A DNA stretch of 64,000 nt from Oikopleura dioica (GCA_907165135.1 OU015567.1:186001-250000); one strand, 5' to 3'. Positions 24,401 to 37,799 are shown, counted from the first letter of the stretch. The notes: generated by a model from the sequence alone, not told the origin. Program-made: numbers and translations.

Positions 24401-27400
24401 GAATATTTTTAATCAATAAGAAAAAATTTTTATGAAAGTAACCCTTAATTTTTTGATCGCCGGTTAATTTTTAAGGGTCTAAACTATTTATAAATAATAT
24501 TTGATGAAGAAAAAACTCGGTTTTCGAGATTTTTGGTCACGAGACACCCCACTTCAACCCTTATTTTTGAAAAATTTTTCAAAAATTTTTTTCTGCTTTT
24601 CGCCGGTTAATTTTTCAAACCCTTCTCTTTAAATCTGAAGAGTCAGAATTTTCCTATCTAATCGGGTTTCTCCGCATTTTTGGTCACGGAAATCCCGATT
24701 CTCGTCGACCTCCCCTTAAGTTTGAAAAAATTTCAAAAATCGAAATTTTCTTTTTCTTTTTCCTTGGCTTGGAAAAACCTTTTCTTCCCGTCAATTCCCT
24801 TTTTTCCGTCAATGATGTTAAGTTTCAAAATATGAATAACGCCTGTACAATTTACTCGTTCTAATTAATTATTTTCCCTGATAACCTTAAAATAGGCGTT
24901 TTTCGGCATATTTGTCGTCATAGTGTTGACGAAATTTTCGATCCTGCTAAAAGCTTTCAACAACTGTCTCTTTATCAAAATTAAGAAAAGAGGAGGAAAT
25001 GGAAAAAGGCTGGAAGAAAAATGAAATTGGACTTCCGAGGGAATACAGAGAATTAGACCCCGTCCATGTCATCTCCTTGAAAGGGTTCCGAAAATTTTAT
25101 TTTTTCTGATTTTGACGCATTTTTACGGGAAGAGCTCGGTTAGAATACCAATTGGTATTCAAATACGAATTTTTGGTATTCATATAACAAATTCGTTCAC
25201 TATTACCATTTTTGCTTACCGAAAAATGCGAATGTGCGGTCCGCGCCTGTTTCGTAGGAAGCTCTAGATGTGATTTACCTGTTTTTTAAGGAAAAAAATT
25301 GTTTCCAGTAGAAAAAATTAGTATTCAAATACCAATTTTTGGCAGGTACTGAAAATGTCACGATATCACGACTGTCACGAATTGGCTGAATATGTCACGA
25401 ATTTCGAAAAATTGGCTTCAATTATTTTTTGAATTGAGCAATCCTTCTTCGTGCATTTTCTGGTAGATAACTCATTGTCTTGGCGGGGCCCAACTCTTAC
25501 TGCACGCAAAACTCAAATTTTTCGGCCTCTCTCACTGACGATGTCACGAAAAAAGTGGTCAATTTCTTGACATTCCTGACATTCGTGACATTTTCAGTGC
25601 CATCACAATTTTTGGTATTCTAACCAAGCGCCCCCGATTTTAACCCCTAAAAGACTGATCTTGGCCGTTTGATTCTGATAATAGTGACAAGAAGCATTGC
25701 TCTCTCAAACACTCAGTATTCGATACTGTTGGAAGCAGAGGGAAAATTTCTGACTCTAGGCAGCGAATGGATGGGATCAATTGTTGAATACGAAGATAAG
25801 GCAATTTGTTTCTCGAAGATGTTTTCTCAAGATGATACAAGCTATATCGACCTTATGGGGATTAAAAGCAACGAATGCAGCTATTTTGCAAATGCTGTTG
25901 TTAACAAAGAGAAATTTTACATTACAAATTATGTTTTTGAAGTGAATTTTGCAATCGAATTCGATTTAGGAAAAGATTATACGAAATTAATTTCATTTTA
26001 GGCTGAGTTCAGGTTCTCTTACTAGGTTTCTAAAATTAAGTGTTTTGTTTGAGCGCGGATCTGTCCTGATAAGTATGATAAAACTTATAACATTTCTTTA
26101 AATCTATAACAAAGAAAAGATCACACTCGATTTTACCCAAGTTAGGACGAACAAGAAGATGCACGTTTTAAGCAATCCGAATTTTGCTTTTCACGACGAC
26201 GTTTTTCCGGTCTTCGCCAAAAACGCAGCTTTCCAGCCTTTATTTTCTCGTTCAGCTTCTTCTTTCACGCGACCGTTTCCGAAGACAATAATCCCAAACC
26301 GTTATTTTGAGTCATTTGAAGAGTCTCAACACATATCAACCCTCAAACTCAAGTTGAATGGAAAAGAAAACTTCAAATTTCAAATAGAATTCGAGGCAAG
26401 AACTCATGGAATATAATATTTATTGGCCGTAAAAGACGCGTAAAAGACTGTTTTTCCATCAGGTTACAGGGTTGAGGGGGAGAGTCCCTGTATCTTACAG
26501 AGATTCTTTTCAAGAGTTTTCTTTTAAGACAGCTATCAAACTGGCCCTTACCTCAATGTTTCATTTCATTTTTAGAAAATATATTACAAAGGTTTAGTTC
26601 AAAAAATATACTAATGAAATCAATAGGAAAGCGACAAAATTGAAAAACAGAAAACTATCATGGATTTACGATTTTTCGACGAAAAGACGTTTCTCAGCTT
26701 TGGTGCTAATCAAAAGGGGCAACTTTGGATAGATTCATCTTTTTCAAGCGAACGAGCATATTTTAATCGTAATTCATCGAAATCAGCGGAATTTCAATTT
26801 CAAATTCATTCAAATTCGTTAATTACGACGCTGGAAATTGTCGAGGAAAGGAATTGAAAAAAGTTTAATTTTATATCTCGATTTTTCGAAAAAATGAAAC
26901 TTTTCTAGAATCCGAATTCAATCGGTAACGAAATCGTCTTGAATAAAACTGCTTTTGGAATGGTTGGACTGGAAAGAATTTATGACAAAAGAATACGCAT
27001 CTTCAAAATGGACAAAAAAACTAAGATAAAAAATCTTATATATTTCAAGAAAAAATCGACCCATGTTTATGTCCTGAATAATTTTAGAAATCCCTATATG
27101 CAAAGAGGCGACGGATCAATGCAAGAAGTATCTCTAATTGCTAATGATTGGATTGGTACATATATTCTCGACTCTCGACAAGCTCTTTTAAATGGCCAGC
27201 TTCATATCTTTGGAGGAAGTGGATATAGCACGCGTTCTCCTTATCAAGTAAATAATTCAATCCAAGCAGAAAAAATTTTTTAAGATTGCTCGCTTGGAAA
27301 GATGTTCATTTACCGAACTATCAGTCAAACTCAACAATTTTTATTACAGTGAGCATCAAGCTCTCTCAATAGATAACGGCACCAGAGGTTAGCTATACGG

Positions 27401-29927
27401 TTAAGTCTATACCAGATTCTTTTATCTGAAAAAATCATGGTTTCCTTAACCCTTTAGGCGAACATGGCGTTTTAAACGCCACGGGATCTTTGGCGGACAA
27501 TTTCTCTATGAATTTCCCGATGACTTGATAAAATTTTTATTGTTCTGAAAAATTCAGACATTTTTCTACATAATGGTCACTTCAAAATTAAATGAACGGA
27601 AGAAATACTTCTTCTAAAATCAAAAAGAAAAAATCCGATTCCCCAAAAATAGGCTCAGTCACGCGCTTTTCCTTTCAGAAAGGGAAAGGAAAGAGAGAGC
27701 GCGCTGCATTTCTCTGTTTTTCGGTATTACTTTGCTGATCATTTACCTAGGGTCGGCGCCGACACTCGACCAAATCGACATTGTCGGGTGTCGGTCGGGC
27801 TTTGGTCGGTACCGACCCGACCCGACATTGATTTTATAAAACAATTGGTCGGAAAGTGGTCGGAGGTGGTCGATGGTCAGTTTTTGGTCGGGTCGGTTGT
27901 CGGAAACCTACGCTTTTTTCATGTGAGAAAATGACTGAAATTAAAATTCTGCCTTCTGAATCAGCGAATATGCTTGCGAAATAGTCATAATCGCCGGCCA
28001 GACCCACAGACTCCGTCGTGAGATCACCCAAGGTATTTGATTCGTTTTCAGTTCATTTAATCAGGGGGCCTCACAATCCGGACTACGGAAAAACAAAAAA
28101 AGCGGAGAAACCTGATTTGATTAAAGAAATTCGAATTTACGGGTAAATAGAAAAGGGTTGGAATAATTTATTGGTAAAAACAAGAAAAAATATTAGCCAG
28201 GAAAACGACAACCCGGGTACGGGTATCTATTTTCAAAAGGGGTTTATATTGCCTGTAATATTTTTGTCGGGCAATTCTTTCTTCTTACGATAAAACATTA
28301 TAGCTTCAAGCTAATACGCTTTTTCTACGTTTCTGGTCACAACTTGTGACTCACAAGAGAAAAGAAGAAAGACCACTTCCTGCAAAACCACTTGAGTTAA
28401 ATATAAAATTCTAGCACCTACTGCCTCAAGCGCTCGTACACTAACTTTTTTGATTATTTTTTTCTGAAATTTTCTTTAAAAAAACCGACAACCGACCCGA
28501 CCAAAAGGCCGACTCGACCCGACCCGACCCGACCATGACTTTGGCCATTTCAAAGTGGCCCGACCCGACCCGACATTGAAAAAGGGTGGTCGATGCCGAC
28601 CCTAGTCATTTACAGATATTTAGGACTTAAAAATTGTGAACCAACCGATTGTGAACCTGGGCGCCCGCCACCCCCCAAAGGGTTAAGCTAGTGTTTCTAA
28701 AAATAATATCAGAATTCTGGTTATGTTTTTAGTACTTCTTTTTTGCTCACATTAAATATATTATTAATTATTAAATATATTAACTATATTGATTTCAGTT
28801 ATTGTTTGTTTCGACAGCACAAATGAGGCCTGGGATTTCACAACAAATCAAGCTATAAGGTATCCACCTGCTTTAACATGCGATCTGTTTGATGGATCTA
28901 ACATAACGACCTCAAATAAAACGAATGTCGACCATAAATTGGGTGGCTTGGAGCTATACAATGGTAAACCTACCGCTATTGGGGGAATAGACAATTCGCA
29001 AACCGTGGAGACACTGACTGAAAATGGATGGAAACTACTTTCTCCTCATCCACAGTAATGCCGTTGATAGTTGATTCCAATAAGTTTTAATTCAGAACTG
29101 AAAACTTCTTATTTTCAACAATCGGACTCCCATCTGGAAGTCTTTTGACTTTTGCGAATAATTTCGATTTTGGTCCTAATCAAATTTACAAATTAGAAGG
29201 CAACAAATGGTTCTCAATGGGTTTTCTCCAAAAGGTAAACATATCTGAGCTTTTTTTTCGTGCAGCGATCACATCTGCCAATAAGACAAGCTTCTTCAGT
29301 CAATTTGCCTTATCTATAAAGAGTTAGAAAACTTCCCCTGAGCTAAATTTGTCCTTTCTTTCTTGTCAAGAATTGAAAAATTACTACTGTTTATAATGAA
29401 ATTAGTTTGTCAAAATAATAATTATCTTTTTGCGGAAAATTTTGTCAATCATAACCGCATCTGCCGCACTTAGGAAGTAAAAATTTATTTTGTAAATTGC
29501 AAGATCAATTAAATCATAAAAGTCTGCAAAGAATTATTCCCAAATAATAACTCGCCAACAGTTTCAAATTAAGTCTGTTTTCGCTGACTCAGCGATAATG
29601 ATCGACAACACGATTTACCTTTTTCCCGGCGAATCCTTTTCAGCAGATCTGGCCATACAAAGGGTACATTTAGGTCAAGGTTCTATTTAATAAGTTTTAC
29701 AATAGCCTTAAGTCTCTTTTTAACGACATGAAGCGAAATACGAGCACTTTACCTTAAACCCTCAATTCACGCGCATCTCATAAACAGTGAAGAGCGTCGA
29801 ATTGAAACTTGTTTGAAACCTTGATTGAGATTCCGAAGAAAAGATATCGAAGACTGATATATTTTTACCAGTGGAAGATTCAAAAGAACGTCCCATCATA
29901 TTTTTATCTTCTGATGATTTTTGCTGA
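21486..29927 (+). CDS. Multi-exon membrane-anchored protein with a Cys-rich CPxxxxCxNGCPCPxYEC domain and C-terminal kelch-like beta-propeller (may be more than one gene)
   Basis: N-terminal TM segment. CPFQKYCSNGCPCPHYEC at ~22483. Kelch-like LHIFGG (~27200) and HKLGGLELYNGKPTAIGG..VETLTENGW (~28930). Ends ..SSDDFC*. Confidence 0.6.
24070..24715. mobile_element. Kolobok-like MITE (GGGGAGGTCG TIR, TTAA TSD)
   Basis: ttaa|ggggaggtcgtcgaga...tctcgtcgacctcccc|ttaa. Confidence 0.85.
25126..25636. mobile_element. MITE (GGTTAGAATACCA TIR) carrying a nested TACTGAAAATGTCACGA-TIR element at ~25345-25601
   Basis: Two nested pairs of inverted termini are visible. Confidence 0.6.
27450..28682. mobile_element. 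piggyBac-like element (CCCTTT TIR, TTAA TSD) in an intron
   Basis: ttaa|ccctttag...ccaaaggg|ttaa. Confidence 0.6.
27747..28605. mobile_element. Nested hAT-like MITE, 8-bp TSD TCATTTAC, with CCGAC subterminal repeats
   Basis: tcatttac|ctagggtcggc...gccgaccctag|tcatttac. Confidence 0.85.
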
Positions 29928-30400
29928 TTTTGATAGTTTTCAAAAATAAAATTAATAATTCACAACATTTGATATAAATTTTTGTTAATTCTGCGCAAAA
30001 TGCGTTTAGCAGGAAAAAAATTCGTGCGTTCATGCGTTAAGAAAAATTATACGATTCTCGACGAAATCTGATGGTTATTTTGGGGAAATATATAAAAGCA
30101 GAAAAAAGATGTTCGACTTTCAAAATAGCCTAAAACTAAATTTACCGCTTTAGTTCTTTTTAAAGAAACTTTATCAATAAATTATATTAAATTTGAGCAT
30201 TAGCATTTCGCAAAACCGTATGTCTCGCAGGAGGGATCGGAACAACGGGCGTTTTTGCATGTTTGCGCATTAAGGTTAGACTCTGCTTGTCTGAGTTTCC
30301 GATATCGTCAACCTTCTTCGAGGATTAAAAGGACATTCGTTACTTGCAAAAAGCGACCAAGACGAACAAAACCAGAATGACAAAGACGGCGATGATGAAC

Positions 30401-32296
30401 AGGCGGCGAAGCGATTTTTTTAACCCTCAATTTCAGATCTGGCAGTTCGTCCCTCAATCTGATCATTCTTCGCTCGGAACAGGTAGATTATTAATCTAAG
30501 ATTAAAGGAATAGCTTTAAATCTTGGGTTCTTTAATTGCTCCCCTGACTAAGTTTTTTTTTCAGTTTCTAAAATCATTCTGCAGCATTCACATCAAAGCC
30601 AACCTCCCTCGCCCCTGGCTGCCCGACCACTTTCTCTGGTTGGTCTCAAACGACCATCGCTGGTCGACAGTCAAGAACTACGCCCAATGCGTCAAGATAC
30701 AACCAACGAGGACAAGCTAGCTTACGATCTCTCCGAGCGAGTCTGTCAAATTATGCAAACGGCTGTTCCTTCGCTTAGAGCGAGAAAAATTGCCACGCTT
30801 TGCCAAAGAGCTAAATCCATCCCGGAGGTGAGTTTTTTTTTTTATAAAATTCTCATATAAGCTGAAATTGATAAATACTGGATGCTATAAAAAACTATTG
30901 TAAAAACTGAAAATAAGCAAGCCAATTAAATGAACTCCGCTCAATTTGTTTTTCGCAAAACTCCGCGTTCCAACGCGTTTTTTTGCGATATTTGATGATG
31001 ATTGAATTAGGCAGCAATTTCCCGATTTCCGCCAATTTAGTGTTTTGTTTTTGAAAATTCAGCTTGTTTACATAATTCTAGCGCGTCATTAAACAACGAT
31101 CCTGCGCCGCCGCACTTCTGACCAGAGTAGACTCGAATTTGGTTCTTTCGCTCGAAACTCTTCGTGAATGGAGGTAACATCAGGACCTTCTCTCTCTTTT
31201 CCTTTTGCCCCCTATGTTTGAAGAGTTTTAAGTACAACACTTTTGTATTCGTCATTAAAATTCGAACTTTTCGGGTTTTTTTCGCAAAATTTTTCCAATT
31301 TTTCCGCTGGTAAGCGATTCCCTTTATCAAAGTAAACCCCTCAAAAATATCATAAAGTTTCTTCGCCAGAGGTCCAAGCTTACTTTCGAGCATAAGTTAT
31401 GCGGCATAACTAAATAATTTCATTTAAGGTCATCCGAATGATACCCTCGTTTGGAAAAGTCTGAACTTAAAACTTACGAAATGACACCCTTAAGAGCATC
31501 TAGTAGTGAGCGAGCAATTTTTATTTCCTTAAAGACCCCCCCTCAGCTTTTTTCGAAAAATCTATTTTCGGAATTTTAAAATTTTGACCCCGGAAATGGA
31601 TTCTAAGGGTGAAAAAACGATTTTGAGGCTTCATTTTTTGGCGGTCTATCTCGACTCTAACACCCTCGAAATCGCCTTTGAAAATTGGGCATTTTGCGAA
31701 AAATTGACCAAGTTCCCATAATTTTGGCAAAAATATTGAATTTTCCTGGTCATATATTCGTATTATCAAATTTCTGAATAAACTTTAACCTAAGGACGCA
31801 TTATTAAAAAAAGATTACGGGGGGTCCTTAAAAAATTTTCTTGCTATAGTATCGACAAAAAAATTTTTGAAAAATCAATGTTGTTTTAGTAATTTCAAGA
31901 TGTTAAAACTAATTTTGAAAAATAACACAAAAGCAAGTCGATTTGGTTATGTCTCCATTTTACGGTTAATTTCTAAAAAGCGATAACCAATTAGTCGGGT
32001 TATTTGGGCAACTTGTTCTTTTACAAAATAGTATTTATATTCAAATAGGCGCTGCTTCATAACCCACGTGGATCAACGTTTATTTTTGATTGCAATTTGA
32101 AAAGTTATTTTCAATTTTGTAATTACAAATTTCTAGAGACAAAATGATGGCCATAAACGCGCAGCGAAATGAGGATTGCGAGAACAACGAAGATTTGGAC
32201 GGAACGATCGGCCGTTTTTACAGCTCCATGACAAGAAAAATCACGAAGGCGCAAAGAAAGCCGAGAAAATCGAAATCGAGAGGAAAGAAAAACTGA
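30401..32296 (+). pseudogene. 5'-truncated, frameshifted duplicate of the 5900-8367 gene
   Basis: High nucleotide similarity to 6322-8575, including introns. Lacks exon 1 and most of exon 2. One-base deletion gtcgaagat>gtcaagat at ~30693. Confidence 0.8.
31533..31827. mobile_element. GGACCCCC-family MITE, TTAA TSD
   Basis: ttaa|agaccccc...ggggtcc|ttaa. Paralogous empty site at 7903-7906. Confidence 0.85.
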
Positions 32297-32563
32297 AAGC
32301 TTCAAAAACATCAATTGACGATTTTTTCTTCAAAAAATATTTGAAAAGCGATACCTTGACTAAAATAATTTTCGAAACAATTTTTTTTTGTTTAAAAATT
32401 TTGTATATTTTTAAAATTAACTATTTATCTGACGCTATTGATATAACCTTACTGTACAAAACTCTCATATTTACTGTGAAAGGGATATCTCAATAAATGA
32501 TTACAAATAAATTTACAAAGATAAAATACAAATTTGAGGCAAAAGTTTTATAGACAAAAATAT

Positions 32564-35500
32564 TTAGAAAAGAAATTGAATATTCCAGCGAATATAACCA
32601 GCTGGCCCGACATAAGGAGTTGAAACGGACTGTTCACTTCCACCGGAGCTGTAAATTTCTTCAGTTTTGTTTGTTACGTTTCCAGATTCTGGACAGATAT
32701 TTTCTGCAATTGCGCGAAATTTAGAAGATCCTAAAATATACAAATATAGAAAATTAAAGGGCGCTACCATTTCTTTTCGTAATGTAGAGATACCAAATGG
32801 AGCCATCACCTTGTTTCGGGCATCTTATTCTGAGTTCATTGCAGGTTCGATCGTACGATTCATTCCATGCAAACTTAAAAGATATTTAGTTTATACTCGG
32901 AAATCGCTAACTAACTTTTAAATTTATTTGGCGGAGGCCATTTTTGACTTTTTCAGCAATCGTCGAATGGCAGAATTTAACGTTGCTATACGTATTTCCA
33001 TTTGAATCTGTGGTATTATGAGACAGCTTATATCTCGTATCATTATCATCCTTTCCATAATAAAAACCTAAAAAAAATAAATTCAAAGCAAGATTTCAAA
33101 GCTCAACTTACCAAGTCCCTTCAAACTATCAGAATTGCAAAAATAAACTTTGCTGAAAGTCCTCGCTTCTCTTAATTCCGCTTCGAGGCTTGAAATCGAG
33201 CTCTCTAATCTGGCAAAGAGCTGAATGTAACATTCAGAATGTTCCATCTGATATACCCAGCTGTTCCAACAAAAGGCGTTGAAACACATTGTTCGCTTCC
33301 ACCAGAGCTGTAGATTTCATCTGTTTTGCTTGTCACTTCTCCGGTTTCTGGATGTATGTTTTCGGCAATTGCTCGAAATTTTGAGGAGCCTCAATTTTTA
33401 CGAATAAAGAAAATCGAGAATTATTACCATTGCTATTTGTTATGTACAGATACCAAGTCGACCCAGCGAATGTTTCATCTTTAGCGACACATTTCGGGCT
33501 TCTTATTCGAAGTCCATTGATCGTTTCGTCGTAAGATGATTGAAAATGAAACTTTAAGGGTACCTAGGTCGAGTTTGGACACCTCCTTAAATTATTTTCT
33601 GACCGTAAAATCGAATTCTTCAGGTTCTGAGGAACAAAAAACTCTACAATGACCCTATAGATATCTTAACGTTTTCACCGTCAAAATCCACTTCAAAGTT
33701 TAAAATCTAAAGGAAATGCTAGCGCCTCAAATTTGGACGAAAAATTTTCATCTCTGATTTTACTGATTAGGGGCTTAAATGAAAGCTTATGGCCTGGTTA
33801 ACATCGTAATCAAGCTTAAAATTGCCCCAGAAAATTAAATTCATCTCAAAATCGGGGAAAATGAAAGCTTACCAAGCAAAAATGCAGAATTCGCGAAGAC
33901 TAGTCCAGACTTTTGGAAATTTAATTAAGAAAGTTTTAGAATTTCATCAAAAGCTACTGACAAAATTTAGATGAGGGTCTGAAATTTATATTTCAGGCTT
34001 AAAAAAGGGGGGTTGCTGAGGCAGATATCTCGGAATTTCGCCATTTAGTTGGTCCATTTTCGGCGAGATTCCAACTTTGACGGGCTAGATTTCCAAAAAA
34101 ATATTGACGAATCATTAAAAGCTACTGACAAAAGTGAGATCTAGCTTAGATCTTTCAAAAAAACTATTGTACGCATTTTTTGCCCTTCCAGGTTCCCAAG
34201 AATAAACCCTTAAAGTCGGCCATCTCGACCCAGGTACCCTTAAAGATTTGATTTAACTGAAAAAGCTCACATTTTACCTTGAGATTGATTTGACGAAGAC
34301 CATTTCTAACGTGCTTTGCGATTGTTGAATGACAAAGACGGTCATTTGTGAAATTTCCATTTGGCAATGAGTTTCGTGTATCGCAATCATCTTTGCCAAA
34401 ATAAAACCCTGTAATATATTATCGAGCTATTTCAAATTGAATTTCCCACCGAGTCCCTTCAAGCTGTTTGACTTTGAGAATGAAACGGTACTAAATGTCT
34501 TTGTTTCTTTTAGCTCAGATTGAAGATTTGAAACTGCGTTCTCTAATCGGGCAAAAAGCTGAATGTTCCATCTTATATATCCAGCTCTTCCAACAAATGG
34601 GGTTGAAACGCATTGTTCGTCTCCGCCAGAGCTGTTGATTTCTTCCGTTTTGTTGAGGACTTCACCCGTTATTGGATGTATATTCTCCGCAATAGCGCGG
34701 AACTTTGAGGATCCTATTCAAGTGAAAATTACTGATTACCAAAATCAAACAGAATGTTTTTACCATTGCAGTTAGTGATGTACAGATACCAAGTTGTGCC
34801 GGCGCATGATTCATCATCCACATTAACACATTTTGGGCTTCGGATTCGGAGTCCATGGATTGTCTCGTCGTAAGATGATTGAAAATGAAACTTTAAGTTT
34901 TTTTTCTATTTTTTAAAAGAGAATTTCATACTTTTAGATTTATCTGACGAAGGCCGTTTTTTAGTTTTTCAGCAATGATCGAGTGTGACAAAAGATTGTC
35001 ATTCGAGTTTTCCTTTTTCATGAAACTTCGAATATCTCTGCTATCAGGACCGTAATAAAAACCTTAATTTTCTCATACAATTTTCATTACTTGGCTCTCT
35101 TACCAAGGCCTTTTAGACTTTCAGTGTTCGACATAGAAACACGAGAAAAAGTCCTTTCTTCTTTAAGTTCAGATTCGACAGTTTTTAAAGATTTTTCTAA
35201 GCTGCTGATTGTCGAGGTTTTCGACTTGATTGTTCTTTCATGATCAATGATTTGAGATTTATTTCTTCTAACTTCTCTTTCAAGAGTATCTTTCTCATCT
35301 GTCAAAAATTGATTTTTCTCATCAAGATTTCCATTTTTCACCACTTCGTTTTCAAATTTTTCTTTCCAATTATTTCGATCATCGAATTAATGCTGATTTA
35401 TTCGCCTCACAACATCAACTGCTTCTTCCGAGTATTCAAGCGTTTCCTGATCGACCCCGAATTCCAATTGTTCGATAAGACCACTGATTCTTGCATTTTT

Positions 35501-36848
35501 GGCGAGTAAAGAGGCATTTTCAACTCGTTGAAGCTGGTCTTTTCTCAGACAAACATCAATCAAGTCCTGGCATCGAGAAAAAATAGTTTCTGGTTCATGT
35601 TGATTCGCTAACAAATAAAAATAAGAAAAAACAATGAATGTTTTTGTACCTTCATAAATATTGAAAAGAGTTTTGATATGTTCTTCGTTTTTGTCCAAAA
35701 AAGGATGAGTCAAATAAGCAGTTTGGTAAATAACCACCCCCATCGCCCAAATATCCCTCGCAAAAGTCAGCTGATCGCCCTTGTTTCTATTAATCACCTC
35801 TGGAGGCAGATAATATTCAGTTCCGACGATTTCAAGAAGATTCGTTGTCGTCATACCGGACGCAACTGCCTCGTCATCTTTTAAGTGATTTTTTTTAAGA
35901 TTCCTTTCGAAAATTTCTCGTGTTTTTTTTATCTCATTTTATTTGGCAGAGACTGGTTTCGGAGTAAAACTCCTTCTTCAGGCTACAGATCAATAAACAG
36001 TTAACCCAGAAATATGATGTTACCTTGAGAAGCGAAAAAGCGCGTCTGAGTTAGAGCGAGATTACAAACGAGATAAAAGCGCGTAACAGAAAATGACAAA
36101 AAGGGGCGCCAAGATCTTGGCTCTTACTCAGACGCGCTTTTTCGCTTCTCAAGGTAACATCATATTTCTGGGTAAACTGTTTATTGATCTGTAGCCTGAA
36201 GATGGAGTTTTACTCCGAAACTAGTCGCTGCCAAATAAAATGAGATAACGACAAGGTCAACTAGAGAATTATCTAATTTTTCATAAATCATTCCTGAAAT
36301 ACCGAAATCGCCCACAACCACCCTCATTCTCTCTCCGATAAAAACATTTGAAGGTTTAATATCTCTGTGCAGAATTTCTTTCGAATGAATGTAGCTTATT
36401 CCATTCACAAACTGGCAAATTATCTGAAGAGCTTGATTTTCAGCCCAATTTTCGGGATTTTCCGCTTTTCTTTCGATGAACGAGCCAAGATCACCTAAAA
36501 AAATATTTTTTTTCCTAAATCTTTTTCAAAATATCACCAGCGGTCATGAATTCCATCGTGATCGCGAAATAGCGAATATCTTCGTTGCTGAACGAAAATC
36601 CTTCAAAAACTTTTAAAATGTTCCGGTGATCGAGAGTTTTCATGATTTTGAATTCTTCTTCCGCATCTTTGGCATTTACAAGTCCTTTGAGACAAACCTG
36701 CTTTCTTTCTGAATAATAATTTCAAATTTCGCCTTTTTTTGTTTAAAAAACCGTAAATATCTTCGACGATCCAAAAAAGCTTCGTTTGATCATTCGATTC
36801 TCGAATATTTCTCAAAAAATTATATTTTTCATTAATTTCAATCGCCAT
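32564..36848 (-). CDS. Ser/Thr protein kinase (NEK-like), coiled coil, then three tandem ~150-aa repeat domains
   Basis: ITMEF, YIHSKEILHRDIKPSN, VGDFGIS, VGTEYYLPPE and DIWAMGVVIY kinase motifs. Coiled coil at 35087-35400. Repeats contain TTWYLYITNC, GSSKFRAIAENI and GYIRWNIQ. Confidence 0.85.
33558..34239. mobile_element. Kolobok-like MITE (GGGTACCT TIR, TTAA TSD) abutting a splice acceptor
   Basis: ttaa|gggtacctaggtcgag...ctcgacccaggtaccc|ttaa. The paralogous repeat intron at ~34890 is empty. Confidence 0.9.
35946..35986 (-). ncRNA. Degenerate hammerhead copy (sense to kinase pre-mRNA)
   Basis: GUAGC-CUGAAGA-A-GGAGU-UUU-ACUCC-GAAA-CCAG-UC-UCUGC. The stem III palindrome is broken and the first stem I pair is mismatched. 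Confidence 0.6.
36191..36231 (+). ncRNA. Minimal type-I hammerhead ribozyme (intact, GUC cleavage site)
   Basis: GUAGC-CUGAAGA-U-GGAGU-UUU-ACUCC-GAAA-CUAG-UC-GCUGC. Core is intact, stems I and II have 5 bp each, and stem III is the palindrome ACUAGU. AATAAA follows. Confidence 0.85.
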
Positions 36849-37142
36849 TTCAATAAAGAGGCAAGGCTTATTTCCCGCGAGAGTATTTATGCCAGCTATT
36901 GCAAATTTGCAGAGAAAATCAACATTTAAAAACTGACGAATTCACATTGATGAGCAAGAATTTGTGCTCATGCAAACAAAAAAGGGAAATTTGAATCAAC
37001 AAGCAAATTTTGCTGTATTTTTCACAATTGCTTAAATTTTTCATATTTTTTATCTACCTATAAGTGTTCTTTATAATAATTACGAAGAATCTTGAGATCA
37101 GAAGAAATCTGATAAATAATCTCGCCATTTTATTTCATTTTA

Positions 37143-37799
37143 GGGGGAGGTGGTCGAAAATTAAGATTTTTCAAACCAAGATTGAGAAAAAACCGAATGG
37201 GACAAGAAAATCTATATTTTCTAGGGTTGAAGATAAACGTTGAAAGAATGTGGGCGCGTGGAGAAAAAAAAATTTTTTTTTTGAAAAAATTGAGGAAAAC
37301 TTCATGGAAGTGGACCCTACTTCAATCCAAGATTACGGGCAAAATAACTTTTTTTTCAAAGATCAAACCTCATATGATGATAGAATAGACCCTTACGGAT
37401 GTGGGCGCGTGGAGAAAAAGTAGGGTTGCTATGATAATTAAGGTCGTAACGGCCGATTTAAAAATGTCGTTTTTGCTAAAAATGGTCAGTTTACACTTAA
37501 AATGAAGTTTTCCAAAAAATCGCCAATAACCCTAATTTTTTAGATATTTACAATTCTGACCTGATAAAAAAACTATATCTTCCAATAAAAAATGAAGTTC
37601 TGTTGGTTTTAGTGCGAAAAACAGCTTCTAAAATTCCGAAAAATCTCGACTTCATGACCTAAAATCAAAAATTTTCTATGTTAAAGTTTATCCAATCAAA
37701 AAAAGCTGGACACCAAAAATGCTTCTTTTTTAATGGAGAATTCAAAAAAATAATCAAAATTTTGAAAATCGAAAAAAAAATTTTTCGACCACCTCCCCC
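37143..37799. mobile_element. Kolobok-like MITE (GGGGGAGGTGGTCG TIR)
   Basis: ttta|gggggaggtggtcgaaaa...ttttcgaccacctccccc|ttaa. Confidence 0.85.

Larger units (their letters stand above)
35929..36248. mobile_element. Non-coding inverted-repeat element (~129-bp arms) with a hammerhead in each arm; Penelope pLTR-like; in a kinase intron
   Basis: 35929-36057 is the reverse complement of 36120-36248. Each arm has a hammerhead followed by AATAAA near its outer end. Confidence 0.8.

Noticed and set aside
25535-25560. Hammerhead-like CTGACGA...GAAA
   Set aside because: No credible stem II, stem III or stem I. It lies among the MITE's tgtcacga repeats.
26419-26470. Possible degenerate hammerhead on the minus strand (ctgatgg...acgcgtc...aataaa)
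   Set aside because: It lacks GAAA and stem II, so it cannot be supported.
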